This document shows positions 1-10,812 of a stretch of DNA of 64,000 nt, in pieces. Source of the DNA: Pelagomonas calceolata (lineage: Eukaryota); NCBI GenBank assembly GCA_918797485.1, contig CAKKNE010000005.1, positions 3,410,001 to 3,474,000 of the forward strand, written 5' to 3'. The notes beneath the pieces were generated by a model that was not told the DNA's origin, did no database searches, and saw only the letters and a list, made by a program, of their open reading frames with translations. Within the stretch, counting starts at the first letter, position 1. Every line of letters starts with the position of its first letter. Made by a program: the position numbers and the translations under genes.

Positions 1-944
1 TACGCGAGACCAGTGAATGGGCTCGTGGCTCCGGTGTCAACCAGGTACTGAACGCCAGCTCCGATGGCAAGAAGATCATCCCTTGTCGCCGCGGATATCG
101 CTCCGAGGTCATACAGCCCCTGCACGGCGGCCGTCGCGATCGACGTGACGATGATGGGCTTCGTCGTGTAGGACTGGTTGAGCTTCGACGTGAAGGTGAG
201 GGCGAACGACTTGTCGAAGAGGTCGGCGAAGCACGCGTCGGTGATGGTCTCGTCGCTAGCTGCGCCGCACTGCGTCGCGCCGTCCTTCGCGATGCCGTCG
301 CCGAGCGCGCCGGCGCCGATGAGCGTCACGGTCTGCGTCTGGTTCTTGCGCGCCTGGTCCAGGTTGTTGCGCTCGTCCATGACGTCGTTGCCCTGGGGGC
401 ACATGCGGCGCGAGCAGTCGATGTCCGTGTAGCCCGGCTCGCAGACGCACATGCGCACCTTGCCCGAGTCCCAGTTGGGCATCTGGGGGACCTTGGCGGC
501 GCCGACGCCGATGCCATTGGCAACTATGTTGCCGTTGGCATCGGGGACGCCGGCGTAGTCGCCGTAGACGGTGCCGAAGGTCACGTCCTCGGCGTAGACG
601 CACTTGCCGTGGCCCGAGCAGTCGTTCGGGCAGGTCTGGAGGCCGCAGCCGCGGCCCGCGTAGCCCTCGAAGCACTCGCAGTCGCCCGAGCCGCGGTCGC
701 AGACGCCGACGCCGGCGCACTCGGCGTACGTGTGGATGTTGCCCGTCTTGTCGGGGCCGGCCGACCAGGCGACCTGGTAGGGGCAGCGGCGGTCCGAGCA
801 GTCGCCGCCGTCCTGGTCGCCCATGACCCAGTCCTGGTAGCACGTGCACGTGTCGTCGGCGCCGCACGTGCCGTGGCCGCTGCACGAGTTCGGGCAGGCG
901 GCGTGCGCCGTGGTGGCCGCGAGGGCGAGGAGGGCGAGCTTCAT
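1..944 (-). CDS. Secreted EGF-repeat tubular mastigoneme protein (SIG/Ocm family); 3' end runs off the window
   Basis: Hand translation from ATG 944: signal peptide [16 protein letters not shown], then [11 protein letters not shown]...DCSDRRCP...[27 protein letters not shown]...[11 protein letters not shown]...WD...[22 protein letters not shown]. Absent from the ORF track because it is open at the edge. Confidence 0.85.
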   Translation of the reverse strand, partial: MKLALLALAATTAHAACPNSCSGHGTCGADDTCTCYQDWVMGDQDGGDCSDRRCPYQVAWSAGPDKTGNIHTYAECAGVGVCDRGSGDCECFEGYAGRGCGLQTCPNDCSGHGKCVYAEDVTFGTVYGDYAGVPDANGNIVANGIGVGAAKVPQMPNWDSGKVRMCVCEPGYTDIDCSRRMCPQGNDVMDERNNLDQARKNQTQTVTLIGAGALGDGIAKDGATQCGAASDETITDACFADLFDKSFALTFTSKLNQSYTTKPIIVTSIATAAVQGLYDLGAISAATRDDLLAIGAGVQYLVDTGATSPFTGLA

Positions 945-1259
945 GAGTGGCGGGTTCGCGGGGCGGCGTCGATGCCAGAGAAGAGGGGCTGCCCCCAGAT
1001 TGCTTTTCTTTTATTGCTCCCACTCCCCGCAGCGCGTGGAGATGGGACAGTTGCGCGTGTGGCGGGGTCGTGGGACGCGGCGAGGCGTTCGCTGGTTTTT
1101 TTGGGAGGCGGGTGGCGGAGAGGCTGATACGATCTGGGCGCAGCGGCACTCCAAAAGTAAAGTATCGGGGAGTGAGAGGTGAACTCATGAGAGAGCCCCG
1201 GAACGCATTTGAATTACTACGTATGCACAACATAGAAACTTATTCACCACAAAAAACAA

Positions 1260-2582
1260 CTACAACCCGCGACACGCGCGCGGCTCCGGCGTCGCCCCGC
1301 CGTTCGCGAGGACCTCGAAGCCTCGAGCCTCAGCAAGAGCAATCGCCGCCGCGTGGGGCGGCTTTTCGTTATACGAAGCGTCCTTGACGGCGAACACGAC
1401 GTCCAGCAGGTCGGGCACGAGCTTCAGGACGACGTCGCGCACGGCCTTCGTATTTGTGGGCAGGCCGCAGCCGCTCTGCACTTCCGAGAGGTACACATTC
1501 AGGTTGGCGTCGATCATGACGTCCAAACCCAGCAAAATAAACGCGTCGTGCGTCTCGCGCGGCTCGAGCAGATGCTTTTCGGTACTTTCGTAGGCCCGCC
1601 AGACGTCTTGGATCGTCTTGCGGATGTGGCAGTCGACGTAGGCCGCGGGGTCAGCGGGCCATCCTTCTCGTTTCTCCGACGAAAGTTGGTCCCACAGCTC
1701 TTGCATCGATCTTCGCGTCGATTCGTCATGGGAACTATGGCCGCCCTGCTGCTGCGCCGCATTTGTTAGGTGAGTGCCCTTGCCTCCACCCGTGAAGTTC
1801 GACGCCGACACCCGCAAAGTACCGCCTCCGTAAAGGACGAGCTCCGGTCGAAACGACGCGACGACCCAGTAGACCCGCAGATCAAACTTCCTGCCATCAG
1901 GGGTCAGTAGCAAATCAGACACGTATCTTTGAGCTAATCTATCTTTCATTGATCTTTTCACAGAAGTACCATCTAACACATCCCTAGCGTTCTGCACTAA
2001 CTCGATACCTTTCCCCCCGTCCGTGCCCGGCCGCTTCACCAACCACTTGATGGCACTTGATGGCTCTTCCTCCAGGGCGACCTTCGCGAAATTGGCTGCT
2101 TGTACCTTATCAGACAGGTCATACGTCTCGGGCACCCACCGCGCCGCAGCCGTGCCCTGCAGCCTTCGCGCCAGGTTGCGCTTGTGCCCGATATCTCGCT
2201 CCCGTCGGACATGGTTCACGAGCTGCCACTTCTGGACATGGCCCCAATCTATCAATTGCTTGCGCTGGTACCACAGTACCTCGGCCTCTTCGGGGTTTTT
2301 GGTCTGGCGCCAGCCTCGCTTGGTCAGAGCGGCGGCCGTGTGTGAGGACGAAGGCTGGGAGTAGAAGTGCTTTTGAGCTTTCGGTGGGACCTGGCGGTCG
2401 ACGTGCCGTGCTACTCTTGCTGGTGGTCGGAGCTGGTGCTTTGGGATTTGAGGCTGGCTTACTGTGGTTTCGACTTGTAACGGCTCGAGCTGGTAGAAGG
2501 CCAGCAGAGCTACAAACGTTAATGTTACGGTGGCGCAGGACGTGATCAGGCGGGCGCCGCGGCGGCGGCGCTGGGCTGGCAT
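1260..2582 (-). CDS. Tubulin-tyrosine ligase-like (TTL/TTLL) ATP-grasp protein with N-terminal membrane anchor
   Basis: Motifs WLVKRP, GGKGIELV, AQRYVSDLLL, GRKFDLRVY, HLTN, LLGLDVMID, LSEVQ. A hydrophobic segment follows MPAQRRRRGAR. Confidence 0.8.
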   Translation of the reverse strand: MPAQRRRRGARLITSCATVTLTFVALLAFYQLEPLQVETTVSQPQIPKHQLRPPARVARHVDRQVPPKAQKHFYSQPSSSHTAAALTKRGWRQTKNPEEAEVLWYQRKQLIDWGHVQKWQLVNHVRRERDIGHKRNLARRLQGTAAARWVPETYDLSDKVQAANFAKVALEEEPSSAIKWLVKRPGTDGGKGIELVQNARDVLDGTSVKRSMKDRLAQRYVSDLLLTPDGRKFDLRVYWVVASFRPELVLYGGGTLRVSASNFTGGGKGTHLTNAAQQQGGHSSHDESTRRSMQELWDQLSSEKREGWPADPAAYVDCHIRKTIQDVWRAYESTEKHLLEPRETHDAFILLGLDVMIDANLNVYLSEVQSGCGLPTNTKAVRDVVLKLVPDLLDVVFAVKDASYNEKPPHAAAIALAEARGFEVLANGGATPEPRACRGL

Positions 2583-3068
2583 GGTTTGTTGCTTGTATTG
2601 TTGTACGCTACGGCGTGAAACTTGCAGCACGGTTTTGTTGCGGCAGCGATGCAGCGCGTGTGGACTGGTAGCTTGCACGCAGTGCAAAGAAATATGCAAG
2701 CAAGCTCGCTCCGCTGCCGAGATGCCAGGGACCCCCAGGCAGAGCTAGAGCTAGAGAGACTCTAGAGTTTTTTTCTAGCAGTCCCCGAGCGCTACGAGTC
2801 CTGCGCAAGACGACTACGACGCGACGGACGCATACAAAAAAGCTGCGACACTCTCGGAACCCGGGAGAGGCGATTTGAGACACGCGCACGCGACACAGGA
2901 GAGGGCCGCGCGCGCGGGCTTCACGGCTCAACGCACTGTGTCGATCGCTCCGACGACCTCGCGGGCTGCCCCCGCCGACGCGTCCCCACGCCCGCGGCGC
3001 GCCCGGCGCCTCCAAGGCAGAAACAGGCGGGCTGCCCGCGAGACGCGGCGGCCGGCCCCGACGAGACC

Positions 3069-3377
3069 ATGGACCTCCAGTCCGTCATCGCCTTCCAGAA
3101 GAGCCTCTCCGAGCCCGCGCGGCTGAATGAGGACGCCCAGCCGGCGAACCCGACGCTGCGCGCGCTCGACGCGGTCCACAAGGACTACCTCAAGCTCCAC
3201 CGCCGCGCCACGAAGAGCTACTGGGCCCAGCCCGCGTCGCCCTCCATGGCGCGCAGCGACTCGACGCCGTCGACTTCGACGACGCCCGCGACGTCGCCCA
3301 CGAACGCCCAGGCGCGGCCAAAACCGGACGTCGTCGAGGGCGCCTTCTTCTCGCAGCCCGGCTTCTGGGACGTCTGA
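3069..3377 (+). CDS. Small hypothetical protein (102 aa, S/T/P-rich)
   Basis: ATG in ACCATGG context, GC3-rich codons, no recognisable domain. Confidence 0.5.
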   Translation: MDLQSVIAFQKSLSEPARLNEDAQPANPTLRALDAVHKDYLKLHRRATKSYWAQPASPSMARSDSTPSTSTTPATSPTNAQARPKPDVVEGAFFSQPGFWDV

Positions 3378-3450
3378 CGGCGGCCCGGTCCCTTGTATTC
3401 CCTGTAATCATAAGTGTCTAGAACCAACTTGATCGAACTTAGTATGTGCA

Positions 3451-6108
3451 CTACTTGCTACAGAGCAGCAGCGCGGCCGCCTTCGGCATGGAGCCGCTCG
3501 AGAACTTGAACACGCCCGTCTTCAGCTTCGAGTGGAACTCCTCGATGGCCTCCTCGACGGTACCCTTCATGATGAACTTCTTGAGGAGCACGCGCCGCGT
3601 CTGGCCGAGGCGGTGGATGCGGCCCGCGGCCTGCACCTCGTCGCCCGGGTCGACACAGGGGCCGAGAAGGTACACGACGTCCGCCGCCGTCAGCGTTATG
3701 CCGACGTTGCCCGCGCGCATTGTAATCACAAAGACCTTGTTGCCGTGGTCCGACGCCTGGAACTTGCGGATGGCCGTGTGCCGCGACGACGCGCCCGTGC
3801 TCCCGCTGAACTCGAAGATCGTCCAGCTCGGGTACCGCGCGCGCAGCTGCGCGACGACCTCCGTGTGCACGTCCCGGAACTCCGTGAAGATGACCGCGCG
3901 GCAGCCGCCGCTCGCGCCGCGCGACCGCAGGTCCGCGAAGAGCGCCTCGCGCTTCACGCGCGACTGCTGGCACGCCTGCCGGTGCCGGGTAAGAGCCATC
4001 GATAGACCGAAGGGTTGCGTCGGCGGGTTCCGGCGGCGGTACGCGCTCTGGGCGAAAGCTGCCCGGTACATCTGCTGCTCGGCGGTAGTCTGGTCGAGCA
4101 GGACCGTGGACACGACCTCGTCCGGCAAAGACAGGGCCGCGGCGCCGCCGATGCGCTGAGCTTTCGTGTGTCTTATAATAACTCTCCGCAGGGCGGCGAC
4201 GAGCTTGTCCCGCGCGCCGCGATGGTGCATACTGGTGTCCCGCATCAGACCAGAGAGCTCCTGCGTTGGCTGGTCGATGATGCTCGCTTGGGTCATCAGA
4301 TCGTAGACGCTCTTGCTCATGGGAGTGCCGGTAACGGCCCACTTGTGCGTCGCCCGGAGCTCGTGGATTCGCGTGTGCGTCCTCGCGAGGTGGCACTCGT
4401 CGATGACGATGCGGTGAAACTGCGCTCCGGCGATGAGCGCGTTTCCGAATCTGTTGGCGGTGTAGAACGGCGTCGTGAACCTGTGTGGAAATCAACCAGT
4501 GAGTTAGGTTAGTACGGGCGTGGCGCGCCCCAAATTTGATTTCCACACAGTCGTGAACGTCGAGATCAGGACGTCGACGTCTCGCCAGTCCCCAATCCCT
4601 CGTTTCGTAAATTTCCCGCTTCCGTAGAAGCGCTGCACTCTCAGGCCCGGCGCGAACTTCTTGAATTCGTCTTCCCATTGCCCGACGAGCGACACATTAG
4701 TTAGTACGAGCGTCGCCTTGAGCGGGAGCCGCGGCCCGGACCAGCCGGGGGCCTGGCCACCCGGAGTCCGCATGAGCAAGCGCAGCATCTGGGCCCACTG
4801 CGTCTCGCTGCCGCGGCTGTGCGTCGCGCGATTTGCCAGGCACGTCGCGATGACGACCGCGGTCTTGCCCATCCCGACCTCGTCACACAACCAGCCGCCC
4901 CGCGTGCCCTTGGCACCGAGCGTCGGCAGCTCGCCGCCCGTGCGCCGCTCGACGTTCAGCATGAACGCGAGCGATTGTCGCTGGTACGGCCGGAGGGTAA
5001 TGCCGGTCGTGAAGCCCGCGGGAGCCTGCGCCTCCTCCGGGTAGACGCGCGTCACGGCCTCGAGGATGGCCTCGACGTTGTTACCGCGCGCGACCGGCGT
5101 GACGGTGACCGCTGCCATCGTCGTGCCGCGCGCCGCCAACTGCTGCGCGCCCTGCTGCGTTTCGCCGCGCGCGTGCGCCGCCCGTTCGGCGCGCCACCGC
5201 GGGTCGCCGTGTCGTGCAGCGCAGTGCGTGGCCCACTGCGTGCACTTCGCCGCCGGTGCGTCGCAGACATAACAATAGCAGTTCGCGCACCGCTTCGACG
5301 CGTCCGCCGCGATCGGGAACGTCGTGCAGTGCTCGCGAGAATGCGGGAAGTCCGTGAGCGCGCCCGCGTGCTGCGTGATCTGCACCTCTTCGTCGTCGTC
5401 GTCGCCAGTAGCAGTCGGCGGCGCTTGCGGCGGCGGCGCCGGGGGCGGCGGCGCGACCTCCATCACGTCGTCTTCATCGTCATCGTCGACGCGCGCGCGC
5501 TTGGCCGACGGCGCTGCGACGGACGCCTCAAACTTGAACCGCCGGCCGCAGATCTCGAAGACGTCGCCGTCGCGCACGTCGCGCGTGGCCTGGGGCGCGA
5601 GCGGCTGCGCGTTGAGGAGCGTCGAGTTCGCGGCCTTGGCAAGATTGACCAGCGACACGCGCGCGTTCTGGTCGACGCGCACCTCGGCGTGATGGCGCGA
5701 GCAGTGCGCGATCGCGATGCGCACGTCCGACGAGAGCGCGCGCCCGAAGGTGACGGTCGCCGCCGCGCTGGCGTCCAGCGGGATGCGCTCATAAACGTTG
5801 CCGGTGGATTTCAGGTAGCAGATGATGTGGCCCGCGGAGGGCGGCGCCTCGCGTTTGACGGATTCGGAGTCCCGTCTGGCGGGCTCCGCCGCCCTGGCAA
5901 AGGGCTCCGCCGCCCTGGCGGGCTCCTCCGCTCTGGCGGGCTCCTCCGCTCTGGCGGGCTCCTCCGCTCTGGCGGGCTCCGCCTCCGGCGCCTCGTCCTC
6001 GGAAGCGTCCGGCGAGCAGAGGTCGATCGGGCCCGTGTCTTTCTCTTTTTCTTTCTCGTCGTCGCTGCTGAAGCAGAGGTCGATGATCATTTTCTCTTTC
6101 TCCGCCAT
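3451..6108 (-). CDS. SNF2-family (Rad5/HLTF-like) helicase with FHA domain and Cys-rich domain; 2 exons (6108-4559, 4480-3451), 859 aa
   Basis: FHA (FGR..SDVRI...CSRHHA), CYCYVCD domain, LRPYQRQSLAFM, GGWLCDEVGMGKT, RIVIDECH and VTGTP (in frame only after splicing), QAAGRIHRLGQ. Confidence 0.88.
4481..4550. mobile_element. Introner element (non-autonomous DNA-transposon intron); predicted intron 4481-4558 on the minus strand
   Basis: Perfect 15-bp TIR ctgtgtggaaatcaa/ttgatttccacacag. Perfect 8-bp TSD tcgtgaac at 4473-4480 and 4551-4558. GT comes from the TSD and AG from the TIR, restoring the reading frame. Confidence 0.92.
5874..5985. repeat. Coding minisatellite, about 18-bp unit gggctcctccgctctggc (AEEPAR repeats)
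   Basis: About 5-6 tandem units seen; protein EPARAEEPARAEEPARAEEPARAAEP. Confidence 0.85.
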
Positions 6109-6298
6109 GCTGCTTTCAGGAGGCTACTCGATGGAACGATCCACTGTGTCTCTACACGGCACGCAGCGCGAATTTGATGCGATCACAGCAGTAGCGCAAT
6201 TGCAGTAGGCAAAGCGCGCCGGCTCACGTGCCTGTACGCCGTCTGTGGCCCGCAGCGCAGCCTAAAACGACGCAAAAGCAATTTGCTTGCCAGCGCAC

Positions 6299-6319
6299 CT
6301 AGCTGCAGTAAGACACTAG
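6299..6319 (-). promoter_or_regulatory. Upstream CTAGTG...GCTAG element, copy 1 (ctagtgtcttactgcagctag)
   Basis: Matches the recurring consensus; 191 bp upstream of the SNF2 ATG. Confidence 0.65.
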
Positions 6320-6390
6320 CAAAAAAAAAGGCTCGCCCACTAGTCCTAGCACCGTAACAATGACTTCCAGGGTACAAAACTTTACAAAGA

Positions 6391-8649
6391 CTACGCCTCC
6401 ACCACACGCGAAGGCGGAGGACTCGACTGCGACCGCGCCCGAGAAGGCGGCGGCGACGGCGTCCCGTCGCGGAAGCGGTTCTTGCGGCGCTCCGTCATCG
6501 TCCCCTTGTCCGCCGTCTGCACAGGCCGTCTCCGGTGCTGAAACAAAGCACGCGTCGAATAGGCGCCAGCGAGCAAAGCAACAACAACGGGCCCGACGCC
6601 GCCGGCCCTCAGAAACAGCCGCAGGCCCCGCCACGCTCCCATGGCGACCTTCGCAGTGACTTTGGCCACGGCCACGGCCACGGCCAGCGCCTCGAGGGGC
6701 CCGAGCACGACCGCCGCCGCGACGAATCCCAGAACGGAAAACGCGGCCACGTACCAGAAGGCCGAATACATCGCCACCAACACCATGCGTAAAGCGACGG
6801 CGGCGACGACGGCCGCCACGGCATAGGCCGCGTAGGCCGCATCTAGCTGTGTCTCCGGTTGCGTCTCGGGCTGCGTCTGCACGGCCGCCCGTTTCTCGGG
6901 CGTCGCGACTTTCGTAGCCAGACGTGGCACGGCCGGAGCCTTCTTCGTCGCCACCGTCGAAGTTGTGGTACTCTTATCAGAAGAGAGCCAAGCTAAACCG
7001 ACACCACCCTCGGTACCAGACACGTCGTCCGCCGTCCAAGGACCGGCACCAGGCTTCAGGTGGAAGACGGCGCCCGTCGTCTTCCGCGGCCGCGGCCCCG
7101 CGGCATGGAGCGCCGCCTCCAAGTCGTCGGTGCAAGCCTGGGCCGCCGCGCGCGCGTCTCCCCAAAAGCGGGACGCGTAGTCATTTGAGAGTTCTGGCGA
7201 CCACGCGAGTATATCATCCACATGAAATCTCAAAGCTGCTCGCTCCAGCGCACTATCGACGGCGACGGCCATACTTGAACGATCGAGCGGCGCGAACGGG
7301 TATTGCCTGGATCTCCCCAACCTTGAGCGTAACGACGCGTCCTCGAAGGGGTTCTGGCGCGTAGACGAGCAAGGAATCCGCGGAGCATCATTGATAGCAA
7401 TAGATAGAACGTCTCTCACATTCGCGCCGTCGTTCCACGCTTGTACAACGGCATCCTCGAAGCAGTTCGACGTGAAGAAGAAGAACGTTTCCGACAGCGA
7501 CGCTACTTTCGTATGATCTCTTTTATGCGTCATCGTGCCCGAGCTCAACGCTGAATGTAATTTCTCTCTGAAGAGTGAGGGATGTGCTTTTTCGACCTCG
7601 TCGAAGACGACGACACTTCGGGGCGTGTCCACCAACAAATCCACCAGACAAACGCCCTGCTGCAGTCCTGGTGGCGCTCCAAACAACGCGTTCGCGTCCT
7701 CGACACTGGCATAGGACTCCATCGCCAGTCTGTGGAGCGGATAGCCCAGCGCTTCGGCGGCGGCTTCCGCTAGTCTCGTCTTGCCCGTCCCGGGGGCGCC
7801 ATACAAGTAAAATGACGTCGGAGGCGCGTGGACGACTTTTTGTGATGTCCGAGCCTTGGCCAAGGCCACAGCTCGTCTCACGGCATCCACCGCTTCCGTT
7901 TGACCGGCCACATGATCCAACGCATCCCTCTTCTTTTTATGTTGCTTGTAGTACGCAGAAACGCGTTGCAGGAAGGGCGCCGGCCCGTCGAGGCCACCTC
8001 GGACGAAGACGCCCCTCCTCTGGGCTTTCTGTGTGAGTGAACCGGCGATGCGAGACGGCCACTTCCGCCGCGCTTCGTCCTGCACCCTCTTATCTAATTT
8101 CGAGCCATCCAGCGCCGCTTCACTTTCTGACGCTAATGCACTAGAAGCCAAATTTGTCGAGACCACCCAAACAAATTTTGAGCAGTCAAAAACCTCGTCC
8201 ATGGACGCGTGGCCGCATCTTGTGGAACCCCAAAAATACGCCGCGCTCGTCTTGAGGAGCCACAATGGTGCATTTTCTTGGAAGACGACGACGCCGTACC
8301 TGCCTCTCCTTTTTTTGAGGTACGACGCCACGGATTCCCAGCTCGCGTCGGCGCAGTCGTCGCCCTCGCAGTCGATTGTTAATATCGAAGAGAAGGCTGC
8401 TGGTGGGGCTCCTGCTGCTTTCGCGGCGGTCCGCAGGGCGCATTTCAGAGCGTTCGCGTGCGCGGCGCGGTCGCCACCCAAAACAACATGGTAGCTGCCC
8501 GTGCTCACGTTGGCCTCCGTGTCCTGGATCCACTTTGTTAGAGACGCGTCGGCTATACTGGAGACGGCGCCTCCACAATCAGGGCTGCTCCTGGCGGCTG
8601 CCAGGGCCGGGGCGAGCAGCAGCGGCCACAGCTTGGTTATGAGCAACAT
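6391..8649 (-). CDS. Signal-peptide, membrane-anchored ClpB/torsin-like AAA+ ATPase (degenerate N-terminal AAA plus intact second AAA)
   Basis: Signal peptide; GQTEAVDAVRRAV, Walker A GAPGTGKT, Walker B VVVFDEVEKAHP, FFFTSN; C-terminal hydrophobic helices. Confidence 0.8.
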   Translation of the reverse strand: MLLITKLWPLLLAPALAAARSSPDCGGAVSSIADASLTKWIQDTEANVSTGSYHVVLGGDRAAHANALKCALRTAAKAAGAPPAAFSSILTIDCEGDDCADASWESVASYLKKRRGRYGVVVFQENAPLWLLKTSAAYFWGSTRCGHASMDEVFDCSKFVWVVSTNLASSALASESEAALDGSKLDKRVQDEARRKWPSRIAGSLTQKAQRRGVFVRGGLDGPAPFLQRVSAYYKQHKKKRDALDHVAGQTEAVDAVRRAVALAKARTSQKVVHAPPTSFYLYGAPGTGKTRLAEAAAEALGYPLHRLAMESYASVEDANALFGAPPGLQQGVCLVDLLVDTPRSVVVFDEVEKAHPSLFREKLHSALSSGTMTHKRDHTKVASLSETFFFFTSNCFEDAVVQAWNDGANVRDVLSIAINDAPRIPCSSTRQNPFEDASLRSRLGRSRQYPFAPLDRSSMAVAVDSALERAALRFHVDDILAWSPELSNDYASRFWGDARAAAQACTDDLEAALHAAGPRPRKTTGAVFHLKPGAGPWTADDVSGTEGGVGLAWLSSDKSTTTSTVATKKAPAVPRLATKVATPEKRAAVQTQPETQPETQLDAAYAAYAVAAVVAAVALRMVLVAMYSAFWYVAAFSVLGFVAAAVVLGPLEALAVAVAVAKVTAKVAMGAWRGLRLFLRAGGVGPVVVALLAGAYSTRALFQHRRRPVQTADKGTMTERRKNRFRDGTPSPPPSRARSQSSPPPSRVVEA

Positions 8650-8888
8650 TTGAGCGCTTTTATCGATCGCTTGCGTTCAGCGTGCCATACATTGGCGCGT
8701 AACAGGCGCCAGAGCTCGGCTGTGCAGGGTTTTGCAGGCAGCCAAATTGCTCCGTTGCGCCGTACGCAGCCTCCTTCACGGGTGGAGTCACGATACGTGC
8801 TCCAAATAACCACAGCCACCAGCTGCAGAGAAGGGAGGTCACCCAAAGGCTGCAATAGACTGCTGCACTGGCAGCCTGCATCGATAAC

Positions 8889-10429
8889 ATGATGCTCCGC
8901 CTCGCAGTGATCGCGGCCATCACCACGCTCGCCGCCGCCCAACAACGCTGCAGCTGCGCGAACGCCGTCCCGAACGCAAAGAGCGTCGACCTCCTCGAGG
9001 ACGCCTTCGCCAAGCGCGTCGCCGGAAGGCGCAGGACGAAGCAGGCGGTCCTGGCGGCGATCCGCCAGCAGGCCTCGGCAGCTTCCTCCGGTCGCGCGGC
9101 GCCTTTGAGACTGCACTTCACGGGCCCGAGTGGCGTCGGCAAGAGTTTTCTGGCTCAATTGGTAGCGACTGCCAAATTCGAGGAATCGCGACGGTACACG
9201 GGCTATTCGACGATCGGAGCCGGTGCGGCGACGGCCGCCTCCGTCGCAACGGGCGCCGTGGTCGCCAAGGTGTCGACCTGGGGTGCTTTGGTGGCGGTCG
9301 TGTCGTCTCCAATAGCCGTGGCCGGCGGACTACTAGGACTACTCAGTGCAGCATTGTTCGGCTGGCAGGCCGGCGATTTAGCAGATGCCTACTGGGGCAC
9401 GGCCCCAGCGCCGTACCCGACGCAGTGCGGCGTGAGTTGGTGGAAATTTGCATCGTTCTCCGAGGAGAAGGACGCTGTTAGTGACGCTCGCGGAGCGGTG
9501 AAAGCTGCTGCATCAGCGGTCGCGGAGTGTCCCGGGGCCGTTGTGGTGTTGGAGGATGTGAACCGACTCCCTCCATCAGCTCTGCGAGCTCTCGAGCCGC
9601 TGACCCAGCCTTTGTTACGAAGCGGTGATATTGCCGCACCGACGTCGCAAGCGACCATCATCTTCACGTCGGACTTATATACAGGGGCGGATTCGGCCGA
9701 CGCGGGCATTCTGGAACCGGGCATGAGTGCAAACGACGCCGCGCACGTCGCGTCGCGGCAGGCGCGGAAGATGTGGGGCGGCGCCGAGCCGGCCTGGTCC
9801 GGGACCCCGCGTCCTTTGTGAAACGCGGCGACGCCGTCGACGCTGTCGTCCCGCGCAGGTGGGCCCGCGACGTCGCGACGTTTGCGCTGCCGCCCTTAGA
9901 TGCAAGGGAATTGGAGAGCGCGGTGGAGCTGTACTTGAGTCACGACGTCGGCGCCGCTTTGAGGGATGAACTACGCTTTCGCTTCGAGGGCTTCCGGCGT
10001 CAACATCCGGACACGCGGCACGAGTGGACGGGCTCGTTCTCGTACGACGAACAAGTGGTAGACACCGTGAAAAGTTTTTTGGATGAAGGTCCACCAGAGT
10101 GGCGCTGCCACGGCATCACGCACTTCCGGCATCGGGTGCTGGAGCCGGAATTCGGTGTTGCTGCGGAGTTGCTCTTGGAGCGGTCGCGGTCGTACGTGCA
10201 CCAGCACGGCTGGGCGCGGCTCCACGAGCAGGTCTCGAAGACGGTGGTCTATACGTCTTCCTTACTGCTGAAGACGACGTTGAATGGAGACGGCACCGTG
10301 GACGTGGCCTGGGAGCTGATGCACCTGCCGCACGACCATCATCAGGACGAGGTAAGCGAGCCGGGCCTCGCGGAGTACGTCGTTGGTGGCTTGGCGCGGG
10401 CCGTGGCGTGGGCGTCGGCTGCGGATTAA
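8889..10429 (+). CDS. Signal-peptide torsin-like AAA+ protein; 2 exons (8889-9796, 9859-10429), 492 aa
   Basis: Signal peptide; PLRLHFTGPSGVGKSFLAQLVA; degenerate Walker B VVVLEDVNR; IIFTSD. A 62-nt GT-AG intron (9797-9858) joins two track ORFs in frame. Confidence 0.75.
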
Positions 10430-10434
10430 TTTTC

Positions 10435-10766
10435 TTACTGAGTTCTTAGGCGGAGCATTGCTCGCGCGGCTTGCAGACCTCCCTCGATCCGCGCCGTGAG
10501 TGGGTGCGCGCCACCGAACGTGCGCCGGGCGATCCGTGCCGCGTCCTCGAACGTCGTCACGGCCTCGCGGAGATCGTCGAGCGTGGCGTCGGGGTCCCTG
10601 TAGAACGCCTCCGCGTAACACCCCCTCATCCTAAACGTCGTCTCATGCGACGGTCCGAGAACACGCTGCGCCACGGGTATTGCTTTTTTCAGCAACGGCT
10701 TGGCTTCTCCATAGCGCTCTAAACGAGCAAGGGCCGACGCGTAGCCACAGGTTGCTCGGAGGGTGA
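10435..10766 (-). pseudogene. 3' fragment of a MYND-RINGv-TPR family gene
   Basis: YASALARLERYGEAK...DPDATLDDLREAVTTFEDAARIARRTFGGAHPL matches the C-termini of the genes at 21471-23861; the N-terminal domains are absent. Confidence 0.75.
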
Positions 10767-10812
10767 GACGCCATCGCCGCGACGCGTCGACACAAAACCG
10801 TGCATCACACAG

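Noticed and set aside
256..1233. Long Arg/Gly/Pro-rich track ORFs here and elsewhere (e.g. 4819-6177, 40654-42096, 44675-45802, 48626-49612)
   Set aside because: They are shadow or alternative frames of real genes, expected in high-GC DNA with few stop codons.
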